Shown piece after piece: positions 49,340-61,092 of a stretch of 64,000 nt of DNA; position 1 is the stretch's first letter; the number at the start of each line of letters is the position of its first letter. A program made the translations under genes and the position numbers. The notes under the pieces were generated by a model. That model worked only from the letters and a program-made list of their open reading frames with translations. It did not search any database and was not told the origin of the DNA. Source of the DNA: Oculina patagonica (Eukaryota); contig NC_135758.1 of NCBI RefSeq assembly GCF_052425735.1, positions 2,852,001 through 2,916,000 on the forward strand, written 5' to 3'.

Positions 49340-52300
49340 TTAGTAATGAGCTGATGCATCCTCTTGTATTTCAACAGTGTTGCCATTGGCATCTGGCTTG
49401 ATGTCGCTCCTGACAAGGCAATGCTTTATGAAATGGCTTTTGGGCAATTGCACAGCCTTCTTTGCTCTAAAAAAAAGACAACAAGGGTCAAATAACAGTG
49501 TAATGTAGAAAAAGTGCGAAAACCTTGTCGAATTGCTTTATCCAGCCAAAGTTATAACTGAAGAATAAAATTGATTTGTATATGGAAAAACATTGCAGAA
49601 ATATATATATACCGTTTTGTTTTCTCTCCCTTTACAAATGCCTCAGCATGTTCCAATACTTTTAAACTAACTTCTTTTTAAAACGAGCAGCTAAAAACCT
49701 TATTTTAACAGAACTCACTAATCTAAGTGCCTAATATGCCGACGTACTTGTAAGAAGTTCGGTAAACACATTTGTAATTGCTGCCTCCCTCCAGCTTGAG
49801 GAACATCGTAACATCGCCCTTTAGTGCTCCGTCGCGAGCAGTCATTTTCTCGGTAGATGGCTCCCATCCTAGCGTCTTCTTTTGCATCACAGGTCCATTG
49901 GCGGGAAAGTTTACGCCAACAAATTTGGATTTGTGTACGAAGCATTCTCCATCAAGGCTGTCACAAGAAGGAAAGGAAGGAAGAAAAAAAAAAATGATGG
50001 TTAACAATTAGAGTAAACATGTAGTAATCATGCAGTACTTTTGAAAAAATATGAACTAATCATCAGGCAACGGAAAAAGTTGCGACAAAAACGGTCCACA
50101 GAATTATTGACAAACTTAAGGGAACGTTCATTTTTTATAGGGTGGGGGCAAAAAATATGGCTTCAAGGGCATGCGAAAAATGTGATATAAAAGCGAGGTC
50201 ACTCAAAATAATTATCTTTACGTGTTGTATGATGGCATTTATACTAGTACGAAACTTCTACCAGAATACCTAAAATAGTGTTTCTGAGGTTCTGAAAATA
50301 AAAAAAAAATTCAGCGAAAGCTATCCCCGGACCCCCTACTTTGTTTTGTTTTTGCTTTTGTTTTTTTTTTGCAACACACAACAATACAATTACTTACAAT
50401 ACTACGCGGACTCTTACATAAACTACTTATTACCGGGTGTCAAAATAGAAAAGAAAACGCTTCAACGTTCACGTTGTGAACCGAGGAGCATCAAGTCGAT
50501 CTCTTCAACTATTTCGTTGTAAATGCAGCTGACCCGCAGTAACAATCACGTCCCATCAATAAAACGGTTATTCATTGCACTAGCAGTATTATTGCTATTA
50601 CCACATTGTAATTTTTTGTCTCATATTCTAAATTAAGTTTGATAAGTTTAAATTGTCATCATTTTTTTTTTTTTTGGGGGGGGGGGGGGGGGGAGGGTCA
50701 TATCAAAAATTTAGGATTACGAATGGGGTCCAAGTTAAAAATTCTTGATGAAGGTTGGAGGGGAAGGGGGGGGGGGGGAGGGGGCATTATGTTTTACATG
50801 CAGGCACTGTCACTCAAATCCTACCAGATCCCAAATGTCCTCTTTGAAGTCTTTTCCACAATGAAGCTCTCATGATTTACTGTTCAGCCCATTTATTCTT
50901 GCCACTTTAAATTTAAATACCACATTTTTTAATTTCTTCGCATAATCTTGTACCAGCACTTACAACACAAAGGCACATGTGCTTTGGAATTAAAGAAACC
51001 ACTCTATCATTTGTTTCGCTACGCTGCGTTGCATTTAGACAAATGTAAACCAACAATTATATTAAAATTGTCGCAGAACCTTGACCGGATTTTTCAGTTG
51101 GGGCTCTTCTCTGTTTCTGTGGGCCGATCGATTTAATCTCTTAACAGCACCATGCACTTAGGCAGATATGATTTTTCTCTGACTAGAAAACTAACTATCC
51201 TACTCTGAGCGCCGCTTTTATTGCAAGCATGCGGAATGGGCTGTGATTGGAATGGTCGATATTGGACGTCCAGACATAACTAATCAATGATAAGTAATCA
51301 ATGAGTAAAATCGATCAAGTCAATGAGTTATCGATGATTAGTCATGATCATTAATAAGTCATTGATTGTTAACGGCGGCGGCGGTTTAGTTCAGGGATTT
51401 AGGCTGCGAATCTAGTTTTTCCTAAAAAAAAAAAAACTTAAGGGTGGCTTTAAATTTAACGGTCAACTGCATTAACCATTACTAATAAACTAAATTGCAG
51501 ATGCTCCCCAAGTTCCAGTCAGTGCGCTTACTGGACTAAGAACGCCGTACCTATCATTTCGTAATCTGTTTTTGATAACAGATTTCAATGAAACAAAAGC
51601 TTAAACTGTTCAAAAAGACCAACGTGCAAACCGAGATTAACTAAGTTAATTACAAGTTCGCCCACACATTCTTTCTGTGGCATTTCGCGTTCTTTTTAAC
51701 ACTTTGAACTTATTTTTTCGACAAAGGAAACTTAAATGCTTTCTCTATCTAAAGAGCAAAAAAAAACAAAACAAAACAATTAAAACAAAAAACGTTAAAT
51801 TGTGAAAATTTTAACCAGATTTTGTAAAACAGTATTAGTATCAGTATCGCAAAAGTTCGTGTTTGTCCGGATATAGCTCCGAAAGTTTTTACAATTTAAC
51901 TCAGTTTCTAAGCAGGACATTACAGAGTGGGAAATCAATACAAAGTAAAGAGACTACCAGTTATGCGTACCAGACTTGAAAACGCATCTTTAGTCTTGAA
52001 TTGTGATAATTGACACTAGAGGATTAAGTCGCGGCATTGTTTAGGGTTGGCGTCTAGCTTTTAGCCGGATTAACTAGAACAATGGTTGTCTATGACTTTT
52101 GAGCGTATTAAAATGTGGCCTGGATATTTGGTCCAAAATGTTGTAATAAGCTTCTTGTGGGAACTTTTCAAAATTACCTTTTACATAAAATTTTCGCGAT
52201 TTTCACAGTTTTACAAATATTGCAAAATTAAACTAGTGTCGCGAAAAATAGGTATCGCGAGCATAAGAAGACGAGAAAATAGAGTGACCGTCGTTATGTC

Positions 52301-53466
52301 CAGCATTAAAATCGGTTGAATTTACTACTTAAAAAAAAAAAACGTTTAGAAAAGGAAGTTCATAATCACGACATTTTCGAAAATCGCTAAATTTAAGTGT
52401 CGAGGAAATATCTGATCTCCCAAATCGTGAAATAAACGTGTCGCGAAAATTTCATGTAATAACTGAGGTATACAAATTGCTCTTGAAAAAAGAAAGTTTG
52501 TACCTTATGTGAGCACTGACTGCAGCAATCCCTCCATCTTCGAACGTCATCGACCTCTCCCACGACATGCCTTCAGGAAATGTTTGTTTGAAAAAGTCGG
52601 GTATCTCTTCAGGGTAATTAGTGAAACATCTGTTGCCATAACAGAACGCTGCGGACAATATGTCAAACGCAAAAGGCAGAGGCCCTCCCTCGGTGACGCG
52701 AAGTCTAAAACGTTGATGTCCCCTGAAAACATAAAAAGAATTGCTCAGAACTGAAGTGTGATAAAAGCGACGTATCTTGATTGTAAATGACTTGAATTTC
52801 TGTTCAAAATGGAACTTACTCGTATGGTTTGCCGTTGCCTTCACCTTCAATAGTAAAGTTGTGCCCGTTGACACTGCCATCCATACGATAGACCATCTTC
52901 ATTTCTTTTTGAATCGCCTGGATTAAAATACAAATATGTCAAGAAAGGCCAACTTGGCACACACTGACTACGTACTGCTGGAGCTTATCCAGGTTTTTCG
53001 CAACAAGAAGTGCTTTGGAGTATTGTTACGCCCGCATAGATGGGTTGCTAGTCCAGTGCCAAGTTTATACACCCGGCATTTTCTTTAAGGTTGCCCTAAC
53101 CGTGCAACTAATATTTCTGAGTCGAGGCATTGTGACATGTGTTGCCTAAGAACACAATAACCCTGGAAAGCGTTCGAATATGGGCCACTAAGTTCGGAGC
53201 CAACGTGCTAACTTTTAAACCTTAAGGCCACTGCGTCTCCCAGAAGAAAAAAAAGGACATCGGGTTAACTTTTTCTCAAGATTTGTTACATGTAAAATCT
53301 TAGACAGAATATTGTCCTTTGAAATCTTGGCATTTTAAGGGTGTGGCATTGAACTGTGGAAAAGTATGAGGAAAAAATCGTGAAATAAGACTTTTTTTCG
53401 AGGGATCTGTATGGCCTCCAATGTAACTATCAAAATTCACTGACTTACTTGCTTTGAATGAGACAT
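49340..53466 (-). CDS. GFP-like fluorescent protein, 223 aa, CYG chromophore
   Basis: Exons 53466-53449 (MSHSKQ), 52917-52820, 52722-52504, 49957-49748, 49466-49340, all GT-AG and phase-consistent; [52 protein letters not shown]. Confidence 0.95.
52177..52468. mobile_element. MITE related to 30347-30884, in FP intron 3
   Basis: Ends CCTTTTACATAAAATTTTCGCG / CGTGTCGCGAAAATTTCATGTAATAA..GG with TA flanks. Confidence 0.7.
52977..53240 (-). mobile_element. Degenerate tRNA-derived SINE in FP intron 1 (related remnant at ~6995-7080, +)
   Basis: Minus strand starts GGAGACGCAGTGGCC, contains TTCGAA and TGTGTTCTTAGGCAAC; similar to GGAGGCGCGGTGG..TTGGGCAAGACA at ~6995. Confidence 0.5.
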
Positions 53467-54023
53467 GTTGGAATTGAAGCTGATTTGAAATGCCACTCAA
53501 CAACTCGCGTTAAACTATCAGTTCACAGCTCACTCTTTGCCAATCGAGTGATTAGTTAGTCGACGATGAGCAAACTTTATGGCCAGGTCCAGACAATTAG
53601 AAATTGATTGATGATTGACGTGCTGTCAGCCATTGAGCACTATTAATCTTTTAAGTGGATTTGCACGAACCGCGAATCACATGGCTTCCTATGGCATTAC
53701 AAACTGAAGGATTGCGATCGCTCGTTATCTATCCAAGCCCACGGATGACACACAAAATGTGGAAAATAATGACAAAAAAATGAGGAAAAGTGTATGTTCC
53801 GTGTATGTACTCTTTCAAAGGCCTCACTTATTTAGATTTACGTCAGATCAAGTTGATTTAAGTAAGATTAAGTAAGATTAAGTGTTAAGTGTTATAAGCA
53901 GGAATCCATCATGGGCCAATAAATGTTCAGGAACGCTTGATCGTACGTTAAATGTCTTGCGTGCGCGTCGTTTAAAAATAAATAGAGCGACGCATAAACG
54001 AGCTTTTATAAGACATCATATTT

Positions 54024-54056
54024 ACACTGATGAAGGGGTTTCCCCGAAACGTCTGT
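54024..54056 (+). ncRNA. Minimal type I hammerhead ribozyme motif
   Basis: ACA-CTGATGA-A-GGGG(TTT)CCCC-GAAA-CGTC-TGT: intact core, GUC triplet, palindromic ACGT in place of stem III. Confidence 0.65.
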
Positions 54057-54424
54057 TTTTTGTTTTGTTTTTTGTTTTAAAAAAAAACTATCTTTGCACC
54101 GGCAAAAACACTTATTGAACATTTATTGTAACTATTGAGTGCTACGCAGCAAAACTCTTTTTATGTGACATTTAATCCATCATGGGCCCTATGTTAAAGA
54201 TTTATACAAAGCAGCTCAAATTTTTCAAAATTGAGATATTTGGCTTATATAAAGTATGTAGTCTAACTGAAGGTTTGCGGCCGCTCGTTATCTAACCAAC
54301 CCCACGGGAGACATCCTATATTCTGTCATTTATTGACCTGGCCTTGAATGCCCTTAATTCTTTAATTTGAGCACGCTCACAAAATCTTGTAAGAGGCGTG
54401 GCAAAAGATATAACTGTGCAACCC

Positions 54425-54572
54425 CTCTCTCCTCCGCAGAGGCTCCTTTAGTGGGGGCAGTCCCCCGCGCGCTTTCGTTTCGATTCTCTCCAGGCTTCGC
54501 GCGCTTACCTTTCACCTCTCCCCATTTCACAGCCCGTACGGAACACGAAAGAGGCCTCTGCGGAGGAGAGAG
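54425..54572. mobile_element. 148-bp MITE with 9-bp TSD
   Basis: TIR CTCTCTCCTCCGCAGAGGC, perfect TSD GTGCAACCC (54416-54424, 54573-54581). Confidence 0.9.
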
Positions 54573-55120
54573 GTGCAACCCTAGGTGGGCCAAGTCTTAT
54601 CTACAGAACTCGATTACTGTTCAGCGCATTTATTCCTGCCACTTACATTCCACACTTTTTTGTTATAATCTCGTACCAGACAAATATTAATGATTCAAAA
54701 ACTCGTTAATACTTCATAAAGAAGATGCAAAAGCACTTAATGTTTAATGACTGCCTTTATACCTGATAAAAACACGGTTAAACTTTATGTCCAATTTTCG
54801 AGGCCAAAAGAACTCCAAATCGAAATATAAGTGCAGGATAAGTTGATATAATTCAGAAGATTTTAAAGCCTTTGACCAAATTCGCAGTTCGTGTTTTGTC
54901 AAGTCAAAAACACTCGTCTGCGCCTCGTGTTTTAATTTTGATAAAACAATGCTGCTCATTTATTAAACATTACACAACTTTTTTTTAATTTCAGTTTTAG
55001 CTGGGCCTTTTCTGGATTTTTTGGTTGTGGCTTTCCTCTGTTCTTCTGGACTGCTCAATTTAGTGAGTAAACCGAACCACACATTTAGGCTGACAAGTTT
55101 ACTCGCTGATGATATAACTC

Positions 55121-55844
55121 AACTAACTGCTCAACTCTGAGCGCCGCTACTAGTATGAATTTACAAAGCCAGACAATGCGCTGTTGGGTCTACATTGAAA
55201 CGGTGGTGTACTTTCAAGGATTAAGGCCGCGTTTCCCGTTCTTTCTTAGAAACCTCATGGTGGCTTTAAATTCGGTCAACTGCAGAAGCAATGAAAATAC
55301 ACTTAAATTGGAGATTCTTCAAGTTCAAATCACTGAGGTTACTGGACTAAGAACGCCGTACCAATCGTTTCGTAATCTGTTCTCGACTGATTTCAAAGAA
55401 ACAAAACCTTGAACTGTTCAAAAAGACCAACGCGCTAACCGAGATTAACTAAGTTTAATACTCTTCGTTGAACGTAATCAAATGATTCAAAAGTTCGTGT
55501 TTGTCAGGATAGCTCCGACACTTTTAACAATTTAACTTTCTAAGCAGAACTTTTCTGAAGAACGGAATTCAATACAAAGTAAAGAGATTACCAGTTAAGC
55601 TACTCGTGCCAGACTTGCAAACGCATCTTTAGTCTTGAATTGTGATAATTGGCACTAGAAGACTAATATAAGCTGCGGTAATGGCACTGGTAGACGGCTA
55701 GTTTTAGCCGGATTAACTGGAACAAGGGTTGTCTATGACTTTTGAGCGTATTAATAGAGGCCTGGATATTTGGGCCAAAATGTATAAAACAAAAGGGAAC
55801 TTTTAGCTGGTAATAAGTTTTTTGTGGGAACTTTTCCAAATTAC
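55121..55844. repeat. Direct-orientation copy of FP intron-3 sequence (51189-52176)
   Basis: Shared blocks CTCTGAGCGCCGCT, ACTGGACTAAGAACGCCGTACC, AACGCATCTTTAGTCTTGAATTGTGATAATTG, TGTGGGAACTTTTC. Confidence 0.85.
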
Positions 55845-56429
55845 ATGAACTGTTCTTGTTACTGTAAAAAAATGCTCGAGTAAAAGTACTAAAGTACAAA
55901 TGCTAACACGCGCACTGCATGCTTAGTGATTAACTGGTTTTCAAATTTTGGTCCATGGTGTACCAAACACAGATCACGTTCTCGGCCTAAATTGCCATGT
56001 GGATTATAACAAATAAATAACCGTCAAAGAATCAATTATGATAATTATGAAATATCAAAAAGCGTGCAAAATATCAAAGTGTGCAATTAGTCATAACTCC
56101 AAGTACGAAAAACGCTCGAAAGTGTGCAAAAAAATCTAAAATGCACAAAATGAGTAATGTGATGAAAAACAACCAAAAGTGCATGCGCCATTTATGTATG
56201 CTCTCTCATAGTGATCACTCGATTAAAAACGATTTATGCACCTATCAATGTTAAGCCGCGGGGGGGGGGGGGGGGGGGGATTACGTTGGATTAGGTTAAA
56301 GATTAAAATTGCATTAACAGAGCAGGAACCCATTACTACTAGTTTGAAAAAATATATCTTCGATCTCTGCGTGGCACTTGTAATTGTGAAAATTGAGTAT
56401 AAACTTTGTTTAAAGTGCCAAGTTAAACC

Positions 56430-56970
56430 GAACCGAACGTTTCGAACAATAGACGCCGAACGCTTCGGGCTTAGCCCCTCATTAGTGGTAAAGTGATCGT
56501 TTAAAGGGTGGGTCTCTAGAATGCGCGCGCGCGCGCGAGAACCTCAATAAAAACGAAAATCTGAGTTGAGGCCGCGCGGTAATGGCAGGTCCCAGGTTGG
56601 AAAATTAAACGCTCTCCTGCCTCTTTCTTTGCTTGTTAACACCGCGGACCCGTGCGTCGGCTGTGCTGTGTTTGTTTGAGCTGAAATGCACTGCGACGGA
56701 GAGGCCCAGCGCACTCTTGGTGATGCTTCGTAGATGTTCGCCAAAACGTACTCTCAAAGTGCGCCCAGTTTCGCCGATGTAAATGGCAGGGTAGCGACGG
56801 CAGGAGATGCTGTAAATACGTCTTTAGGACGAGCAAGTGAACAACTCCCGGATGTTATAGATAGAATCGTTTGGGCCCTGAAGGTTGGTGTTACTAGAGA
56901 AGTGGCCAAAAGTACGACAGCGGAAGTTTTCACAGGGATAAGACCCTGCGCTTGTGGTAGCAGGATTTAA
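56430..56970 (-). mobile_element. Decayed Penelope-like element (GIY-YIG endonuclease end plus terminal repeat remnant)
   Basis: Across frameshifts: PCENFRCRT..FTCSS..YSISCRR..IYIGETGRTLRVRFGEHLRSI..VAVHF..PRGLNSDF; degenerate hammerhead CTAATGA-G-GGGC(TAA)GCCC-GAAG-CGTT at 56456-56489 on the same strand. Confidence 0.85.
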
Positions 56971-59900
56971 TTGTATTTTTTTTGTAGTGCAATAGAAAGA
57001 GAAAAAAAAACATATCAACCCAGCAAGCACTTGAACCAGACCGTTCGATATGGAGTTTATCGTACTCAATACTTGGACACGCCGTTTTCCACAAGCCTCG
57101 AAGAGTATATGTCCATTTTTTTTCCAGTAGAAAACTCCAGTGGGTGTCACCTCGAACGACCGACATAATGTGTCGGTCCTTTTGTTGCAAGGTACCTGCT
57201 TATGTACCGGTCCGATGGCCAAAAGCAAGGCTTTGCCAACACATGTCACAGTATTCAAAGACGTTACCGGTTTAAGAAAGAATAAACTTTCTCTTGTGAC
57301 CTTTCAGTGATGCTGAAGACAAGCCAGTGATAATGTTGCAATTGCTGATCAGCGACAAATAGCACTAGACTAGCATGATTGTCAAACTATGCTAATATCA
57401 CTGGGGCCAGTGGCTAATATACCACTTATTGACTTAGAACACTTGTTTTTTTTCTTATAAACTCTGCTATGTTATATTATAAAGATTGGTGGTATCAATA
57501 CTTGTGGAAGCCGTATAATAGTTTGGTTTTGTACAGCAATCCAACTGAGTAAAAACTATAGGACAATGACAATAATGAATATTTTCTTCCATTTTTAGAT
57601 TGGAAACTTATTGAGACCAATGAAGAGAGTCTGTATGCTAAAATTTAAAGGTCTTCAAGAAGTGATACGAAAAGTAAGCTGTTTAACCTTCAACACTTCT
57701 CTTTCGTAGTACCTTATTATTATAATTTAATATCACACCCAAAATGCTCATTACGTCTAATTAATTGGACAACAGCTAGATGATCTGATCTTGCAGTTTT
57801 CGTTCATAGCCACGATGTCCGTGGATACTGCAAAAGGCAGTTATCTTGACAACGCTCACGATTTGCCAAGCAACTGTGGGATAGCCACCAAGTGTTCTGC
57901 CTTCATTCGGAACACAGAGGACCCGCGTGCCCGTTTTTCACCTAACGGTGCTGTCATTTTGTAACACACCGGTGGAAAGCCTCTGTTACTGGCTACACAC
58001 ATAAGTCGTCCAACAAGTACGTAAAGTATATGCAGATATGAACACGTTGTATTTGCTGTATTTATATTGAGCACCCCTCTTCGAATAAGCTAGTCTCCAC
58101 ACTATTCCGTTAGGACATGTACTCGAAGTACACGAAGCTTTTGCTGGAGATGTGTCAAGTCCACAAACCTATTTACTTTTATTTATAGGTTATAGAAAAC
58201 ATCTAATCTTGATAACTTGACAAAGGCTGAAAGTGGTTAGTTTTTTAGGCTAGGCCATTTCAAATTAGTTAGTCAATTTGTAACATCTCAATTGAAGAAC
58301 CAATATTTAATATAAAGAAGATTCCAAAAGCCGAAGCCAACCCACATTGTTTTCAAGCTTTTTGTTGCGGTTCATGCCCATACAGTAGTCTTGTTTCCAA
58401 GACTAAATAATGGCATTGCCAAGGAAATCCAGGTTTCAGACCGCTACCCATTAAGGAATACCAAGACAAGAAAATAAAAGAACCATTCAACTCGTCTGTC
58501 TATAGCCTTTCACCATGACGATGAAACTTAGTCATTGACTCTCAAGTATGACTTGTAAATTAAAGGAGTAGACACGTTTTCATTGTCAATTCATACTAAT
58601 ATTATTTTACTTGTTAAACTAAGTTTTGTCTGTTTGGTTGTTCCTTATGATTTTTTAAACGTTTCATTAGCAGAGGTTCTGCCCTCTTAGCTTTTTTATT
58701 TTAATTTCTTGCTGATGGTAGTGGGAAGGTGGCAGGAGTATAGGGGTGGAGAAACCCTGTGCCATTCGTCCCTTTGAGAGGGCAATGTCTATCAGGAAGC
58801 AATTTATCTTTTTAAAAATCTCATTTCTCTATGACTTGGCAGATGAATGCCTTAAGAACAAGAGAGTTGTAGAATGTTGGCATTGCTTATCGAAGACGTA
58901 TAACGGGTTATCGGTCGACTTTTTTACCGAAGAATGATTAAAAAAGATTTCTTTTTTCCATTTTTTTTTTTTTTTTTTACCAATGTCAATTATTTTAACT
59001 ATTTTTGTATATCTTTCGTGAAGCCAATGCATCGTTTTTGTGGAAAAGATTTTTTCCATTTGCCAAGCTGCTTGCTGGATTCAAAAACTGCCTTCAATTT
59101 GGGCTAGCTATTCCTTCATATCTTCAAAACTGGGTCAGGTGCGTTGCAAGTGCAATGCTTTCAGATGCTTAAGATGCTAAATATCAGAAGATTTACAAGG
59201 AAGTTCATACCCTTTTACAGGAATTGAGAAGGAGTTGAATCTGCCATTTCAACAGTGATGCTGGAAAAGAAGCCATTGATTACTAAGTAAAGCCAAAAGA
59301 TGGAAATGGATTATCAACACGGATGTAAAGAAACAAGTTACAAACCGGATTAGACCAGGTTTACTTGTCACTTTATGCCATTTTAGACGAACTGATTTCG
59401 TACGCTTTTAAGAGAAATTGTGCTGTACTACCTTTTAGTTTGTGCTGACCCTTGCTCTTGCAACCAAAACAACACCATTAAACTGTCATTTTACAAGTTG
59501 TGAAATGCCTGAAACTTTCGAAGTAAAAGAAAGTAAATCAATCATCCATTCTTCCATGAAATTTATTGAGACCAGTGAAGGGAATTTGTATGTTAAAAAC
59601 AATGACAACACTCTTCAGTTAGTAATAAGAAAAGTAAAACGTCCTACTCTTAAACACAACACTCGACTCAAGCCAGAGCTCGAGCCAGGACCGCCCAATC
59701 TAGCTCAATATAAGGCCGCCGCCTTTTTTTGTCCTGTTGAATGCTTCTACGAAGGTCACTGCGAAAGACCGACAAATTGATTCTAAAGTGTACGTAGCCA
59801 TATACCAACCTGGTTGCAAAGAAAAAAAGCGTTGCCATTAAATGTCTGTCATTCAAAGGCGGTCTCCAATTTAAGGAGGACAAGACATTTAATGATCTCG

Positions 59901-60325
59901 ACGAAACATTAAACAGGATACGAGATACCTTTCGCTTATGAAGGGTTTATTTTCACTGAAGTTCACGCTGTTTCCAAGGAAGAACAGATGAACTTAAGTG
60001 TATGTCCTTACTATGCATATCAAACATGTGAGGCATCAGACATCAGCAAAGCTGCAGCTTCCTCTCTAGAGAAGGGAAGACCAGGCGTGGGTTTGTAGAA
60101 ATCGTCGATTTTCATTTGACAGGAATATAACTAAAAAAAACTTAGTAAAACTACTGCTTATAAGACTTAAAAGATCGATCGATAAAAAGAAAGACAGTCA
60201 AACAGACAGACAGACAGACAGACAGATAGACAAACAAACAGATAGATAAATAGATAAATCAACAGCGAGCTATTTTTGTCAGCATACACTTCCGCACTAA
60301 CGAACATGTGATGCAAAAGAGGACG

Positions 60326-60365
<40 letters not shown>
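60326..60365. repeat. (ATT)n microsatellite
   Basis: Directly visible trinucleotide tract. Confidence 0.95.
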
Positions 60366-60366
<1 letters not shown>

Positions 60367-60396
60367 ATTAAATAGAAATTTCCTTTCTTGTATCAC

Positions 60397-60551
60397 CCTT
60401 AATGGAAACTGCTTCGTGCACAAATCCAAATTTGTCAGCGTTTACTTCCCCACCAACGGACCTGTGATGCAAAAGAAGACGCTAGGGTGGTAGCCATCTA
60501 CCCAGAAAATAACTTTCCGCGATGGAACACTAAAGGGCCATGTTACGATGT
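60397..60551 (+). pseudogene. Pseudogenic copy of FP exon 4
   Basis: [50 protein letters not shown]; acceptor reads CAC, in-frame TAG, truncated before an assembly gap. Confidence 0.9.
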
Positions 60552-60570
60552 AAATAAATAGATAGATTGA

Positions 60571-60810
60571 NNNNNNNNNNNNNNNNNNNNNNNNNNNNNN
60601 NNNNNNNNNNNNNNNNNNNNNNNNNNNNNNNNNNNNNNNNNNNNNNNNNNNNNNNNNNNNNNNNNNNNNNNNNNNNNNNNNNNNNNNNNNNNNNNNNNNN
60701 NNNNNNNNNNNNNNNNNNNNNNNNNNNNNNNNNNNNNNNNNNNNNNNNNNNNNNNNNNNNNNNNNNNNNNNNNNNNNNNNNNNNNNNNNNNNNNNNNNNN
60801 NNNNNNNNNN
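60571..60810. other. Assembly gap (second gap at 61136-61301)
   Basis: Runs of N. Confidence 1.
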
Positions 60811-61053
60811 AGGCTGAAACCCTCTATAAATAACTTAGTTGTATAAAAACCATAGCTTGCATATATTTATATATATATTTAATTAATTTTGTTTTCGTTT
60901 TTCTTTATATCTGTATTTTTGTGGTATGTATATATTTTTTACCCGTTGCTGCATATTTCCCATTACATGTGACGTTGTTACGTCACAATATGTTAACCGT
61001 TGACACGAATTTGAATTTTGTATGTTATTGATGTAAGTAGTTTATGCCTCTAA

Positions 61054-61092
61054 CGCTCCTGATGAAGACCGTGATGGTCGAAACGTTGAGCG
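61054..61092 (+). ncRNA. Minimal type I hammerhead ribozyme motif
   Basis: CGCTC-CTGATGA-A-GACC(GTGAT)GGTC-GAAA-CGTT-GAGCG: 5-bp stem I, 4-bp stem II, GUU triplet, followed by AATAAA. Confidence 0.75.
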
